From: Patescibacteria group bacterium
GTDB lineage: Bacteria > Patescibacteriota > Patescibacteriia > UBA2591 > UBA6264
Reading direction: 5' to 3'
NCBI GenBank assembly: GCA_021735685.1
Contig: JAIPGN010000004.1
Coordinates: 959 to 64,958 of the forward strand
DNA length: 64,000 nt
In this document: in pieces, positions 34,437 through 44,444 of the stretch
Layout: the number at the start of each line of letters is the position of its first letter
How positions within the stretch are numbered: position 1 is the first letter of the stretch
Notes under the pieces: generated by a model
Seen by the model: only the letters and a program-made list of their open reading frames with translations
Told to the model about the DNA's origin: nothing
The model's database searches: none
Made by a program: the position numbers and the translations under genes

Positions 34437-35702
34437 ATGAAAGAAAAAAACAAATATCTTCAATTGGAATATAAGCCAAATTATCAAGAAGAAATCATCG
34501 CCACTTTTTATGGAGAATCAAATGGCAGTTTAGAAGAATTGAGTGAGCAAGTGGCTGGAGAGTCCTCAATTGGCACCTGGACTAAATTAACTACCCTTTC
34601 TGACGAGGTTTTTCAAAGATTGGGGGCCCGAATTTTTAGTTTAGACAAAAAGAATAATATTTTTAAAATTGCTTATCCTTTGTCTTTATTTGAAAAGGGG
34701 AGTATTCCTCAGCTTTTGTCTAGTGTGGGAGGAAATATTTTTAGCATGAAAGCAGTAAAGAATTTGCGTTTAGAAAATATAGAATTTCCAGAAAAATATA
34801 TTAAAAGTTATCCTGGTCCTTATTGGGGGATAGAAGGAATTAGAAAAATGTTAAATGTCTATGATCGCCCAATTATTGGTTGCATTATGAAGCCTAAAAT
34901 AGGATTAACTTCAAAGCAAAATGCTCAAATGGCTAGTCAAATTTTTGCTAATGGAGTGGATTTAATCAAAGATGACGAAAATTTAACTAGTTTAAGTTTT
35001 AATAAATTTGAAGATCGAGTTAAAAAAGTTTTAGAATTAAAGAAAAAAGTAGAAAAAAAGACCAATCAAAAGAAAATTTATGTTTTTAATGTTACGGCCC
35101 CAGTTAGTTTGATGTTAGAAAGGGCTCGACTAGTAAAAAAATTGGGTGGTCGTTGCGTGATGGTAGATGTTATTTCTGTTGGTTGGGGAGCGGTTCAAGA
35201 ATTAAGGCGACAAAATTTAAAACTTATTATCCATGGTCATCGAGCTGGACACTCTGCTTTTACTCGTAATAAAAAGCATGGAATTTCCATGCTGGTTCTC
35301 GCTAATTTAGCTCGCTTAGCCGGCATAGATCAATTTCACACTGGTACGGTTGTAGGAAAAATGGAAGGAGGAGAAGAGGAGGTTTGTTCTATTAATGATT
35401 TATTAAGAGAAGATTGGAGAGAATTTGATCAATTGAGGGAAAATTGGGCTTCTTTAAAGCCAATTTTACCAATTGCTTCTGGCGGCTTGCATCCAGGATT
35501 AGTTCCGCAATTGGTTGAAATTTTGGGGCAAAATTTAGTAATTAATTTTGGAGGTGGCCTGCATGGTCATCCCCAAGGAAGCGAAGCTGGAGCTCGAGCC
35601 GCAATTCAGTCTATAGAGGCTGTTCAAAAGGGTATTAAAATAAAAGAATACGCTAAAACTCATCCTGAATTAAAAGTAGCTCTCAATTATTGGAAATTTT
35701 AA
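34437..35702 (+). CDS. rbcL: RuBisCO large-subunit homologue, form III / II-III-like, with catalytic residues retained
   Basis: GCIMKPKIGL (the KPK Lys175 equivalent), GVDLIKDDEN (carbamylated Lys), IHGHRAGHSAF, PIASGGLH (loop 6) and FGGGLHGHPQG. Confidence 0.85.
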   Translation: MKEKNKYLQLEYKPNYQEEIIATFYGESNGSLEELSEQVAGESSIGTWTKLTTLSDEVFQRLGARIFSLDKKNNIFKIAYPLSLFEKGSIPQLLSSVGGNIFSMKAVKNLRLENIEFPEKYIKSYPGPYWGIEGIRKMLNVYDRPIIGCIMKPKIGLTSKQNAQMASQIFANGVDLIKDDENLTSLSFNKFEDRVKKVLELKKKVEKKTNQKKIYVFNVTAPVSLMLERARLVKKLGGRCVMVDVISVGWGAVQELRRQNLKLIIHGHRAGHSAFTRNKKHGISMLVLANLARLAGIDQFHTGTVVGKMEGGEEEVCSINDLLREDWREFDQLRENWASLKPILPIASGGLHPGLVPQLVEILGQNLVINFGGGLHGHPQGSEAGARAAIQSIEAVQKGIKIKEYAKTHPELKVALNYWKF

Positions 35703-35744
35703 AATTAGCTTAAGTCTTTTTAAGCAGTTTTTGAATAAAACAAA

Positions 35745-35776
35745 ACACTGAAGAAATTGATTCTTCAGTGTTTTTT
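35745..35776 (+). terminator. Bidirectional rho-independent terminator between rbcL (+) and the convergent minus-strand gene
   Basis: ACACTGAAGAA-attga-TTCTTCAGTGT (11-bp stem) with TTTTTT after it and AAAA before it. Confidence 0.7.
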
Positions 35777-35802
35777 AGAAATTGTATAAATTTTTGGAAA
35801 AG

Positions 35803-37167
35803 TTAAATTTTAATCATTTCGCCAGCAGAATGAATGTTTAAAATTTCTGGAGATACTTCAATTATTGATTCCCATTGATACCCCAAGGCTTCAAAGGTTT
35901 TTTCTGAAAGAATAGGGCGATATTGGCCCTGACTAATAACATAAACTGCTGGAGACTCTGATGTTTTTAACAAAGAGCCGTCTCTAAACTTAAGGTGTTC
36001 TCCGGTTTGATATCTTTCTAGCTCTTCAGAATCTACTTTAATGATATTATTATAAGGAAAGTTATTTTCTAAAATACTTAAATCAACAATTGGTCTTTTA
36101 ATGATATCTTTAACGTAATAAACTCCTTTGTTTTCTTTATCTTGCAAAAGGGCTCCGTTAGGGTAGGGGGAACTAATTCTGGCTCCTTCTTGATAACTCA
36201 ATAAATCTTTTTCTTCAACTTGAATAATCTCTTCTGGATTGAATCCAATTGCCCTAAACATTTTTTCAGAAATAGGTCTTTTTTGGCCATCAATTAATAA
36301 GAATATCTCTTCTTTATTTTGAACTAAAGAATAATTAGGGAAATTAACTGGGCTCCCAATTTCATATTTTTCTAATATTTTTGGGTCTACTATTTTTACT
36401 TCTTCAAATTTGTGATTTAGTAAAAAGATTGTAGCGGAATGAAAGGGACGTTTTTTGTTATTTTGAATCAACCAGACCCCATTTTCATTATTGGTCCTGA
36501 CTAAAGATCCTTCTTCTATTTGTCCTTGTTCGGGAGGGAACCAATTGTGCCAGAGGATCCAGAAAAGTCGATTGCCGGCGATATGTGGGGTGTAATTATA
36601 AAGAGCGGCTGTGGCTGAATTTTGTGGCACCACTCGTTGCCAACTAATTCTATAAACTTGACCGGATCGATAAGTAAATTCCCAGGGATGTTCTAAAAAA
36701 TATTTTAAACGCCAAGCGGCTCGATCTACCTGAATCGCAAACCCTCGAAAACTTTTTACCGGGCCTCGATGATCATAGCAAGCAAATCCCGTTGCCCAAT
36801 TATAATCATCTAAACTAGGGTTAGTTTTGGTAATTAACCCTTTTTCTTTTTGAAGAAGAGTTAAAATTACTTGTGGATTGATTTGATATTCTTGGGTGAC
36901 GCGATAAATAATTTCTGAAGCTGTTTTCTCTCGACCATCAATATCTTGAGTTTGATAATTTTTAATTCCTCCACCAGAACTTTCTAGAAAATTCTGAATT
37001 TCTTCTTGACTCATTGATTGAAAATTGGTTAATTCATAATCAGAAATAATATAATCAGGTCTAAAAGAAGAGGCTTTTCCTGGCCAAGGAATGAAAACCA
37101 AAGAAGCAATTAAAAGAATTAATATCTTTTCCTTGGTAAGGTTAGTGAACTTGAAAAAATTTTTCAT
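35803..37167 (-). CDS. Secreted protein with an N-terminal unknown domain and three C-terminal ~65-aa repeats of the (F)RDGSLLK...VY.I..G.KR type
   Basis: Signal peptide. The C-terminus LKFRDGSLLKTSESPAVYVISQGQYRPILSEKTFEALGYQWESIIEV matches the repeats of CDS 3-1079 and CDS 25494-27446. Confidence 0.6.
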   Translation of the reverse strand: MKNFFKFTNLTKEKILILLIASLVFIPWPGKASSFRPDYIISDYELTNFQSMSQEEIQNFLESSGGGIKNYQTQDIDGREKTASEIIYRVTQEYQINPQVILTLLQKEKGLITKTNPSLDDYNWATGFACYDHRGPVKSFRGFAIQVDRAAWRLKYFLEHPWEFTYRSGQVYRISWQRVVPQNSATAALYNYTPHIAGNRLFWILWHNWFPPEQGQIEEGSLVRTNNENGVWLIQNNKKRPFHSATIFLLNHKFEEVKIVDPKILEKYEIGSPVNFPNYSLVQNKEEIFLLIDGQKRPISEKMFRAIGFNPEEIIQVEEKDLLSYQEGARISSPYPNGALLQDKENKGVYYVKDIIKRPIVDLSILENNFPYNNIIKVDSEELERYQTGEHLKFRDGSLLKTSESPAVYVISQGQYRPILSEKTFEALGYQWESIIEVSPEILNIHSAGEMIKI

Positions 37168-39792
37168 TTATTTTTTTGCTTGTTGAATAACTATTTTTTC
37201 GTTTTTAGCATCGACCTTAAAACTGGAAAAAGATTGTTCGTCTTTATTTACGATTTGCAAAGCAAGGGGATCGAGAATTTGTTTTTGAATAACCCTTTTT
37301 AAAGGACGTGCTCCGTAAACTGAGTCAAAGCCCAAAGAGACCAAAAGAGTTTTTACCTTTCCTGAAACCTGTAATTTAATATTTTTACTTTTTAATCTTT
37401 CGATAATTAATTTTAATTGTAAATTCACTATTTGACGAATAGCTTTTTTATCAAGTACATGGAAAATTATGATTTCATCAATTCGATTTAGGAATTCAGG
37501 TTTAAATTTTTCTCGCAAAGCTTCTTGAATTTTATTTTTAATATTTGCTTCAGACCCATTTTTTTCATTTTGAGAAAGGAAACCAAAATTTATTTTTTGA
37601 GCATAATCTCGAATTAATTCACTGCCCAAATTTGAGGTCATAATAATTACTGTATTCTTAAAATTTACTTCTCTTCCTTTAGCATCAGTCAAATGACCTT
37701 CATCCAAAATTTGTAATAAGATATTAAAGACCTGAGGATGAGCTTTTTCAATTTCGTCCAAGAGGATCACGCTATAAGGTCTTCTCCTGACCATTTCTGT
37801 TAGCTGTCCTCCTTCTTCATGCCCAACATACCCAGGGGGAGAGCCAATTATCTTAGAAGCTGTGTGCCGTTCCATATATTCAGACATATCTAATCTAATC
37901 AAAGAATTTTCTGTATTAAAAAGAAATTCCGCCAAACGTTTAGCTAATTCTGTTTTTCCCACTCCACTGGGTCCTAAAAAAATGAAAGAACCAATGGGTT
38001 TATCTTCTTCGGCAATTCCAGCTCGAGAGCGACGAATGGCATTAGCCACTGCACTTACTGCCTCTTCTTGGTCAATAAATTTCTTGTGAATTTCTTTTTC
38101 CATTTTTACCAATTTTTTGCTTTCTTTTTCTAGCATCTTAGTAACTGGGATACCGGTCCAAGTAGAAACTACTTTCGCGATCTCTTCAGCCGATATTTCT
38201 TCTTTTAAAATACGAGAATCCTTTTGGATTTTGGCTAATTTTTTTTCCGCATTCTTAATTTTTTTCTCCAAGCTTGGAATTTCGCCATATTTAATTTCAG
38301 CTACTTTTTGCAAACTGCCTTCTCTTTCTGCTATTTCTGCCTTTTGCTTAAGGTGATCAATTTCTTCTTTAGCCTTATGAATATTCGTAATAATGTCTTT
38401 TTCTGTTTTCCAGCGAATTTCAAATTCATTAATCTTTTCTTTAAGGTTGGCAGCTTGTTTCTTAAGGTTCCTTAATTTATCTTTAGAGTCTTTATCTTTT
38501 TTAAGAATAGTGATTTCAATTTCAATCTGACGCAATTTTCTTTTGATTCTATCTAATTCTTCGGGTTGACTTTCTATTTCTAATCTAAGGGCAGAGGCAG
38601 CTTCATCCATTAAATCAATGGCCTTGTCTGGCAAAAAACGATCAGTAATGTATCGATGAGATAATTGAGCGGCAGCAATTAAAGCATCATCAGCAATACG
38701 AATGCCGTGATGAACTTCGTACTTCTCTTTAATTCCTCGTAAAATAGCAATAGTGTCTTCGGGGCTAGGTTCTTTTATTTGTACGGGCTGAAAACGTCTT
38801 TCTAGGGCGGCATCTTTTTCAATATATTTTTGATATTCTTTGAGAGTAGTTGCTCCAACACAATGTAATTCACCGCGAGCCAAAGCTGGTTTAAGCATGT
38901 TGGAGGCGTCAATAGATCCTTCCGCTCCACCAGCTCCCACTAAAGTGTGCAATTCATCGATAAAAAGGATGTATTGGGCGCTTTTTTTAATCTCCTTTAA
39001 GACTGATTTTAAACGATTTTCAAATTCGCCTCTAAATTTAGCACCAGCAATTAATCCTCCTAAATCTAAAGAAATTAATTCGCGACCCCTTAGAGATTCG
39101 GGAATGTCGTTAGAAATAATTCTTTGGGCTAAGCCTTCAGCAATAGCTGTTTTTCCTACTCCTGCTTCTCCAATTAGAACTGGATTATTCTTGGTGCGAC
39201 GGCTAAGAACTTGAATCACTCTCCTGATTTCGTCATCACGGCCAATAATGGGGTCTAATTTTTCTTGCCGTGCCATTTCGGTTAAATTAATCGTATATTT
39301 TTTTAAAGCGCTGTATTGACCTCTTTCATTCCCTTCTTGACCTTCTTCTTGATGAACACTTTCTAAAACTTTAACAACATTTTCATAATTAATTTTTTCT
39401 TCTAAAAACATATCTTTCAAAGGAGAGGGGGTAGACAAGAGGGCCAAAAAAAGGTGTTCAGTGCCCACATATTCATTTTTAAGATGACGCGCTTCTTTAT
39501 TGGCTTTAATTATTGCCTTTTGGAATAATTGAGTAACATATAAATCAGCTAAACCGCTTTCTATGTCTTCAGACTTAATCTTCGGTAAAGTTTCAATATT
39601 TTTAACAATCTTTTTTTCTATTCTTTCTAGATTAGCTTCCATTTTTTTAAGTACAGCCAAAACTACGCCTTCCTCTTGTTTGAGCAGGGCCAAAGCTAAA
39701 TGAAGAATATCTACCTGTTGTTGGTTGTAACGCATAGCAATATTATGCGCTGCTTGAATAGCTTCTTGAGCTTTGAAAGTAAATTTATTCAT
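37168..39792 (-). CDS. clpB: ATP-dependent chaperone ClpB
   Basis: Clp N-domain, two AAA+ modules (GEAGVGKTAIAEGLAQRI and GPSGVGKTELAKRLA) and a middle coiled coil. I chose the start MNKFTF (ATG at 39790-39792); the track start 22 codons upstream is probably spurious. Confidence 0.93.
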   Translation of the reverse strand: MNKFTFKAQEAIQAAHNIAMRYNQQQVDILHLALALLKQEEGVVLAVLKKMEANLERIEKKIVKNIETLPKIKSEDIESGLADLYVTQLFQKAIIKANKEARHLKNEYVGTEHLFLALLSTPSPLKDMFLEEKINYENVVKVLESVHQEEGQEGNERGQYSALKKYTINLTEMARQEKLDPIIGRDDEIRRVIQVLSRRTKNNPVLIGEAGVGKTAIAEGLAQRIISNDIPESLRGRELISLDLGGLIAGAKFRGEFENRLKSVLKEIKKSAQYILFIDELHTLVGAGGAEGSIDASNMLKPALARGELHCVGATTLKEYQKYIEKDAALERRFQPVQIKEPSPEDTIAILRGIKEKYEVHHGIRIADDALIAAAQLSHRYITDRFLPDKAIDLMDEAASALRLEIESQPEELDRIKRKLRQIEIEITILKKDKDSKDKLRNLKKQAANLKEKINEFEIRWKTEKDIITNIHKAKEEIDHLKQKAEIAEREGSLQKVAEIKYGEIPSLEKKIKNAEKKLAKIQKDSRILKEEISAEEIAKVVSTWTGIPVTKMLEKESKKLVKMEKEIHKKFIDQEEAVSAVANAIRRSRAGIAEEDKPIGSFIFLGPSGVGKTELAKRLAEFLFNTENSLIRLDMSEYMERHTASKIIGSPPGYVGHEEGGQLTEMVRRRPYSVILLDEIEKAHPQVFNILLQILDEGHLTDAKGREVNFKNTVIIMTSNLGSELIRDYAQKINFGFLSQNEKNGSEANIKNKIQEALREKFKPEFLNRIDEIIIFHVLDKKAIRQIVNLQLKLIIERLKSKNIKLQVSGKVKTLLVSLGFDSVYGARPLKRVIQKQILDPLALQIVNKDEQSFSSFKVDAKNEKIVIQQAKK

Positions 39793-39983
39793 AAGTGCTT
39801 TAATTAATATTTTTTCTATCTTAATACTTATTTTAATAAAAAAAGAGACGCTTGTCAAAAGATTGACAAAAGACTTAGAAGAGAGTAAAGAGGTGTTACT
39901 TAGAAGTGCAAAACTTTCTGAAGAGTTAAAGAAAAAATTACCCCTATTTTTTTTCTCAAGGAAAAATGTTATAATTAATCAAT

Positions 39984-40868
39984 ATGATATCTATTGTAAT
40001 TACCACTTTTAAAGAACCGGAAACCCTGAAACAGGCTTTAATTAAAATTTTGAAGGAAGAGATAAGAGAGAAGTATGAGATTTTGGTAGTCGGTCCAGAT
40101 AAAGAGACAGAAGATGTAGCTTGGGAATTTTCTCAACATTACACAGGGGTAAAATATCTCAAAGATTCAGGAGAGGGAAAGCCTGCGGCTCTTAACTTGG
40201 CTTTTGAAAAAGCTCAAGGGGATGTTATAATCTCTACAGACGGAGATGTCATAATTGGAAGCAACGCTATTAATCAACTTGTGTCTGTTTTTAAAGATCC
40301 TCGAGTGGGAGTTGCTAGTGGCCAGCCCTTAAGTGTTAATTTACGCAACACTTTTTTGGGTTATTGGTCTCATTTTTTAACGGCAGCCGCTCATCAAACA
40401 AGAAGCAAGAAGAAAATCTGGCCCTGTTCGGGTTATTTATATGCCTTTCGCAATATAATTAAAGAAATTCCAAAAGAGTCATTCTCGGAAGACGGATTAA
40501 TCACCGAAATAATTAGACAAAAAAAATACAAGATAAAATACGTTTCAAAGGCCAAGGTATATGTGAAGTATCCCACTAATTTAAAAGATTGGTTTAGGCA
40601 GAAAATTCGTTCTGCCGGAGGTTATTCCCAGATATTTACGATGAATAATGGCACTAGAATTAAAACAAAAAAAATGAGAAATATTATTCAAGAAATTAAA
40701 GACGGGGCTCTTCTTTTTATCACTTATCCGCGCAACCTCAAAGAATACCTCTGGACCATTTTATTGTTTTTGAACAGAATAATATTGTGGCTGGTAATTT
40801 TTTGGAAAATTAAAATAAAGAAATCAAAATTTTCTTCCATTTGGAAAAGAGTGGAAAGCACCAAATAA
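39984..40868 (+). CDS. Family-2 glycosyltransferase
   Basis: ISIVITTFKE start and a DGD (DxD) motif, with a C-terminal TM. Confidence 0.7.
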   Translation: MISIVITTFKEPETLKQALIKILKEEIREKYEILVVGPDKETEDVAWEFSQHYTGVKYLKDSGEGKPAALNLAFEKAQGDVIISTDGDVIIGSNAINQLVSVFKDPRVGVASGQPLSVNLRNTFLGYWSHFLTAAAHQTRSKKKIWPCSGYLYAFRNIIKEIPKESFSEDGLITEIIRQKKYKIKYVSKAKVYVKYPTNLKDWFRQKIRSAGGYSQIFTMNNGTRIKTKKMRNIIQEIKDGALLFITYPRNLKEYLWTILLFLNRIILWLVIFWKIKIKKSKFSSIWKRVESTK

Positions 40869-40915
40869 CCTAATTTAAAATAAAATTTTAATAAGCGTAT
40901 AATTAAATATTTTTT

Positions 40916-42373
40916 ATGATTCGTGTTCGTTTTGCTCCTTCTCCCACTGGATTTTTGCATATTGGTGGCCTTCGTACTTGTTTTTATAATTGGCTTTATG
41001 CTCGTCAAAATAAAGGTCAATTTGTGCTTCGCATCGAAGATACAGATCAAAAAAGAATGGTACCTCAAGCCATTGAAGGCTTAACTCAAACTTTAAAAAA
41101 GATGGGCTTAGAGTGGGATGAATTTTATCAGCAATCAAATAGGTTAGACATTTATCAAAAATACGTTAAAGAGCTTGTTGCAAACGGTCACGCTTATCAT
41201 TGTTTTTGCTCTTCGGAACGTCTAGAAAAGGTCAGGGAAAGACAAATTGCAGAAAAAAAGGCTCCCCAATATGATCGTCATTGTCGCTTTTTAAGCCAAA
41301 AAGAAATTGAAGAGAAGGTCAAAGCAGGAGAGTCTTATGTTATTCGTTTAAAAGTGCCAGAGAAGGGGATGGGTCATTTTTTTGATTCCATTCGAGGAAA
41401 AATTGAAATAGACTTAGCTAATATTGACGATCAAGTTCTTTTAAAGTCAGATCATTGGCCCACTTATCATTTGGCCAACGTGATTGATGATCATTTAATG
41501 GGGATAACTCATGTCATTCGCGGGGAAGAATGGCTACCATCAACCATTAAACATATCCTTCTTTATCAGTATTTGGGCTGGAAAGAACCAAAATTTGTTC
41601 ATCTTCCTTTATTGTTAAATTCTGATAAATCTAAGCTCTCTAAAAGGCAAGGAGATGTAGCTGTAGAAGATTATTTAAAACAAGGCTATTTACCGGAGGC
41701 TTTGTTGAATTTTATAGCCCTTCTTGGTTGGAATCCGGGAAATGATCGAGAAATTTTTAAAGTTTCAGATTTGATTAAACATTTTTCTCTAAAAAAAGTT
41801 CAAAAAGCAGGAGCAGTTTTCAATCTCGAGAAACTGAATTGGCTCAATGGTCTTTATGTTAGAGAAATGAATTCTGATCAATTACTAGAAAAAATTTTGC
41901 CTTTTTTGAAAAAATCAAAAATAATTAAAAAAATTGATGAAAAATATTTTGAAGTTATTCCTAGCGGAAAAAAGGTTAATCAAAATTGGCTAAAAAAAGT
42001 AATCATTTTAGAGCAAGGCAGAATGAAAAGATTAAAAGATGTTGAAAAACTAGGTTATTGTTTTTGGAATGATAATTTAGAATACAAGCGAGAATCTTTA
42101 CTTTGGAAAAATTTTTCAGTCAATGAAATTAAAAATAATTTATTAAAGATAAAAACAATCCTTGCTAATATTAAAGAAAAAGATTTTCAAAGTGAAACAA
42201 TAAATCAAGAGGTCTTGGAACAAATTCCAGTCAAAGAAAGAGGGGCTTTTTTTTGGCCTTGGCGAGTCGCCTTATCTGGTCAAGAATCTTCTCCTCCTCC
42301 TAATGAAATCGCAGAAATTCTTGGACCTGAAGAAACATTAAAAAGAGTTGAAAAGGCTATTAATAAATTATGA
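40916..42373 (+). CDS. gltX: Glutamyl-tRNA synthetase
   Basis: Class-I HIGH motif (PSPTGFLHIGG) and KMSKS motif (KLSKR); 485 aa. Confidence 0.95.
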   Translation: MIRVRFAPSPTGFLHIGGLRTCFYNWLYARQNKGQFVLRIEDTDQKRMVPQAIEGLTQTLKKMGLEWDEFYQQSNRLDIYQKYVKELVANGHAYHCFCSSERLEKVRERQIAEKKAPQYDRHCRFLSQKEIEEKVKAGESYVIRLKVPEKGMGHFFDSIRGKIEIDLANIDDQVLLKSDHWPTYHLANVIDDHLMGITHVIRGEEWLPSTIKHILLYQYLGWKEPKFVHLPLLLNSDKSKLSKRQGDVAVEDYLKQGYLPEALLNFIALLGWNPGNDREIFKVSDLIKHFSLKKVQKAGAVFNLEKLNWLNGLYVREMNSDQLLEKILPFLKKSKIIKKIDEKYFEVIPSGKKVNQNWLKKVIILEQGRMKRLKDVEKLGYCFWNDNLEYKRESLLWKNFSVNEIKNNLLKIKTILANIKEKDFQSETINQEVLEQIPVKERGAFFWPWRVALSGQESSPPPNEIAEILGPEETLKRVEKAINKL

Positions 42374-43623
42374 AATTTAGAAAAACAAAGAAAATAATTT
42401 TATTTATAAGTTTATTTGCAATTATTCTTTTAGCGAGTAATTCATGGACCTTTTCTGCACAAGGCCTAGAAATTAATAACGAAGAAATTGAAAAAATACA
42501 AAAAGAAATTGAAATCCGAGAAGACAACATTAAACAGCTAGAAGCTCAAAGAAAAATTTATCAAGAAAAAATTAGCATTAAAAGATCAGAAGTTGGTACT
42601 TTAAAAGAAGAATTAAATTTTATTAACAACAAAATTAATAAGAGTCAATTAGAGATTGAAAGCCAAGAAGAAGAAATTAGTAAAACTGATTTATCTATCC
42701 AAAAAATTCAATTAGAAATTATTGCCAAAAAAAAAGAAGCCGAAAAGACCAAAGATCAACTTCAGGAACTATTACTAACGATTCACGAGTATGACCAGAA
42801 AAATCCTTTAGAAATTATTCTTTTAAATCCTTCTCTTTCTAGCGTTTTTAATCATTGGCAGTATTTAAATTCTTGTCAGCAAAAGATGGCTAGAAATTTA
42901 CAAAGAATATCTACCCTTAAGGAAGGTTTAGAAATTCAAGAGGAAAAATTACGACAAGAAAGACAAAATTTAGTCAATCTTAAAAATGAACTTGATGGTC
43001 AAAAAATACAATTAATAGCTGATAAAGAAATTAATGAGTATCTTTTAGAACAAACCAGGGGAGCAGAGTGGAAATTCCAAAGTTTATTGGCTGAGGTGAT
43101 CACCGAACAACAAAAAATTGATCAAGAAATTAACTCTTTGGAGGAAACCGCTCGAGCTAAAATTGCCCAGGAAAAAGAAAGACAAGCAGAATTAATGGAG
43201 AAAGAGGGGATTTTGATCTTCTCTTGGCCAGTTCCTTTAGAGAAAATAACTTCTCCTTTTCATGACCCAGAATACCCCTTTCGTCATTTAATTGGTGAGC
43301 ACTCTGGGATTGATCTTCGAGCGCACCAAGGTATTCCAGTAAGAGCTTCGGCTTCCGGCTATATAGCTCGAGCTAAGGAGGGAGGAGTAGGGGAATACAG
43401 CTATGTTATGATTATTCACAATAATAGTTTTTCTACAGTTTATGGCCATCTCAGCGACGTTCAGGTAAAAGAAAATCAGTATATTAAGAGAGGAGAGGTG
43501 ATTGGCTTAAGTGGAGGAATGCCGGGCACTCCTGGAGCAGGAATGTTTTGTACAGGGCCACATTTACATTTTGAGATAAGAATGAACGGAATTCCGGTAA
43601 ATCCACAGGATTATTTATTGTGA
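42370..43623 (+). CDS. M23-family murein endopeptidase with an N-terminal coiled coil (EnvC-like architecture, catalytic motifs intact)
   Basis: HxxxD (HSGIDLRA) and HxH (HLHFEI); a long coiled coil; 4-nt overlap with gltX. Confidence 0.85.
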   Translation: MKFRKTKKIILFISLFAIILLASNSWTFSAQGLEINNEEIEKIQKEIEIREDNIKQLEAQRKIYQEKISIKRSEVGTLKEELNFINNKINKSQLEIESQEEEISKTDLSIQKIQLEIIAKKKEAEKTKDQLQELLLTIHEYDQKNPLEIILLNPSLSSVFNHWQYLNSCQQKMARNLQRISTLKEGLEIQEEKLRQERQNLVNLKNELDGQKIQLIADKEINEYLLEQTRGAEWKFQSLLAEVITEQQKIDQEINSLEETARAKIAQEKERQAELMEKEGILIFSWPVPLEKITSPFHDPEYPFRHLIGEHSGIDLRAHQGIPVRASASGYIARAKEGGVGEYSYVMIIHNNSFSTVYGHLSDVQVKENQYIKRGEVIGLSGGMPGTPGAGMFCTGPHLHFEIRMNGIPVNPQDYLL

Positions 43624-43681
43624 AAAAAAATAATAGTGTTATAATAAATAAGGTTATTATTTAAATAATTAAAATAAGTTT

Positions 43682-43993
43682 ATGAGAAACTTTAAACTTT
43701 ATTCTGGTGTTAAAAGTCCTAAACAGCAAACTATTTGGATTGGTTGTCTTTTGTTGGTAATTGCTATTGCCATTGCAGTCGTAGGATTTTTTAATTATGC
43801 CAATTTGCCGGCTCGAGATATTCAAGATGCCGATAATTCTTTAGAAAAACTGGTTTTTCAACAATTATATATTGCAGGAGGAATGGGAGTAATTGGCATT
43901 ATTCTTTTAGTAGGAGGAGCTTTTGCTGCTTTTGACATTAGTAATGAAAACGAAAAAATTAAAAAAACACAAATTGATTCAGAGAATAATTAA
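43682..43993 (+). CDS. Small membrane protein (hypothetical)
   Basis: Two TM helices; 103 aa. Confidence 0.35.
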   Translation: MRNFKLYSGVKSPKQQTIWIGCLLLVIAIAIAVVGFFNYANLPARDIQDADNSLEKLVFQQLYIAGGMGVIGIILLVGGAFAAFDISNENEKIKKTQIDSENN

Positions 43994-43995
43994 GA

Positions 43996-44295
43996 ATGTT
44001 AGTTGATAAAAACATTATTAGAAAAAATACGGAACACCTTACTTCTTTTCTAAAAAGAAGTGGAGGAGGTGGATTTAATGGTAGTTGGGGACAAAAAGAG
44101 CTTAGCCCCGCCTTATCTTTTATGATTTTAGGAATGGTTTTGCTGACGGTCTTTGTAATGGGAGCGTATTTTATGAAAGAATACATTAAAGCTTGGGACA
44201 TTGTTACAGAGAAAATAGATTACGATTTAGAATCTTTAATAAATGATTCCCAGAACAATGTTAATCAAGAATTAGACGACCTGCCTTCTATATAA
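43996..44295 (+). CDS. Small membrane protein (hypothetical)
   Basis: One TM; 99 aa. Confidence 0.35.
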   Translation: MLVDKNIIRKNTEHLTSFLKRSGGGGFNGSWGQKELSPALSFMILGMVLLTVFVMGAYFMKEYIKAWDIVTEKIDYDLESLINDSQNNVNQELDDLPSI

Positions 44296-44393
44296 TTATT
44301 ATTCAAAGGAATAATGGGGAAGGGGTATGTTAAGGGACGCACAAGGTAGCTTTTACGACCCAATGTAATAAAGTAATACAAATTATAACAAAA

Positions 44394-44417
44394 AACGGCC
44401 AAATTAGCCGTTTTTTT
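44394..44417. terminator. Bidirectional terminator between convergent genes
   Basis: AACGGC-caaatta-GCCGTT, with a T-run on the plus side and an A-run before it. Confidence 0.5.
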
Positions 44418-44444
44418 ATAATCTAAGAAATAATTTAGTTTTTG

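Noticed and set aside
37862-39214. Plus-strand ORFs antisense to clpB (37862-38089, 38117-38356, 38840-39214) and the N-terminal 22-codon extension of clpB
   Set aside because: These are shadow ORFs of a highly conserved gene. The canonical ClpB N-terminus MNKFT... starts at the internal ATG.
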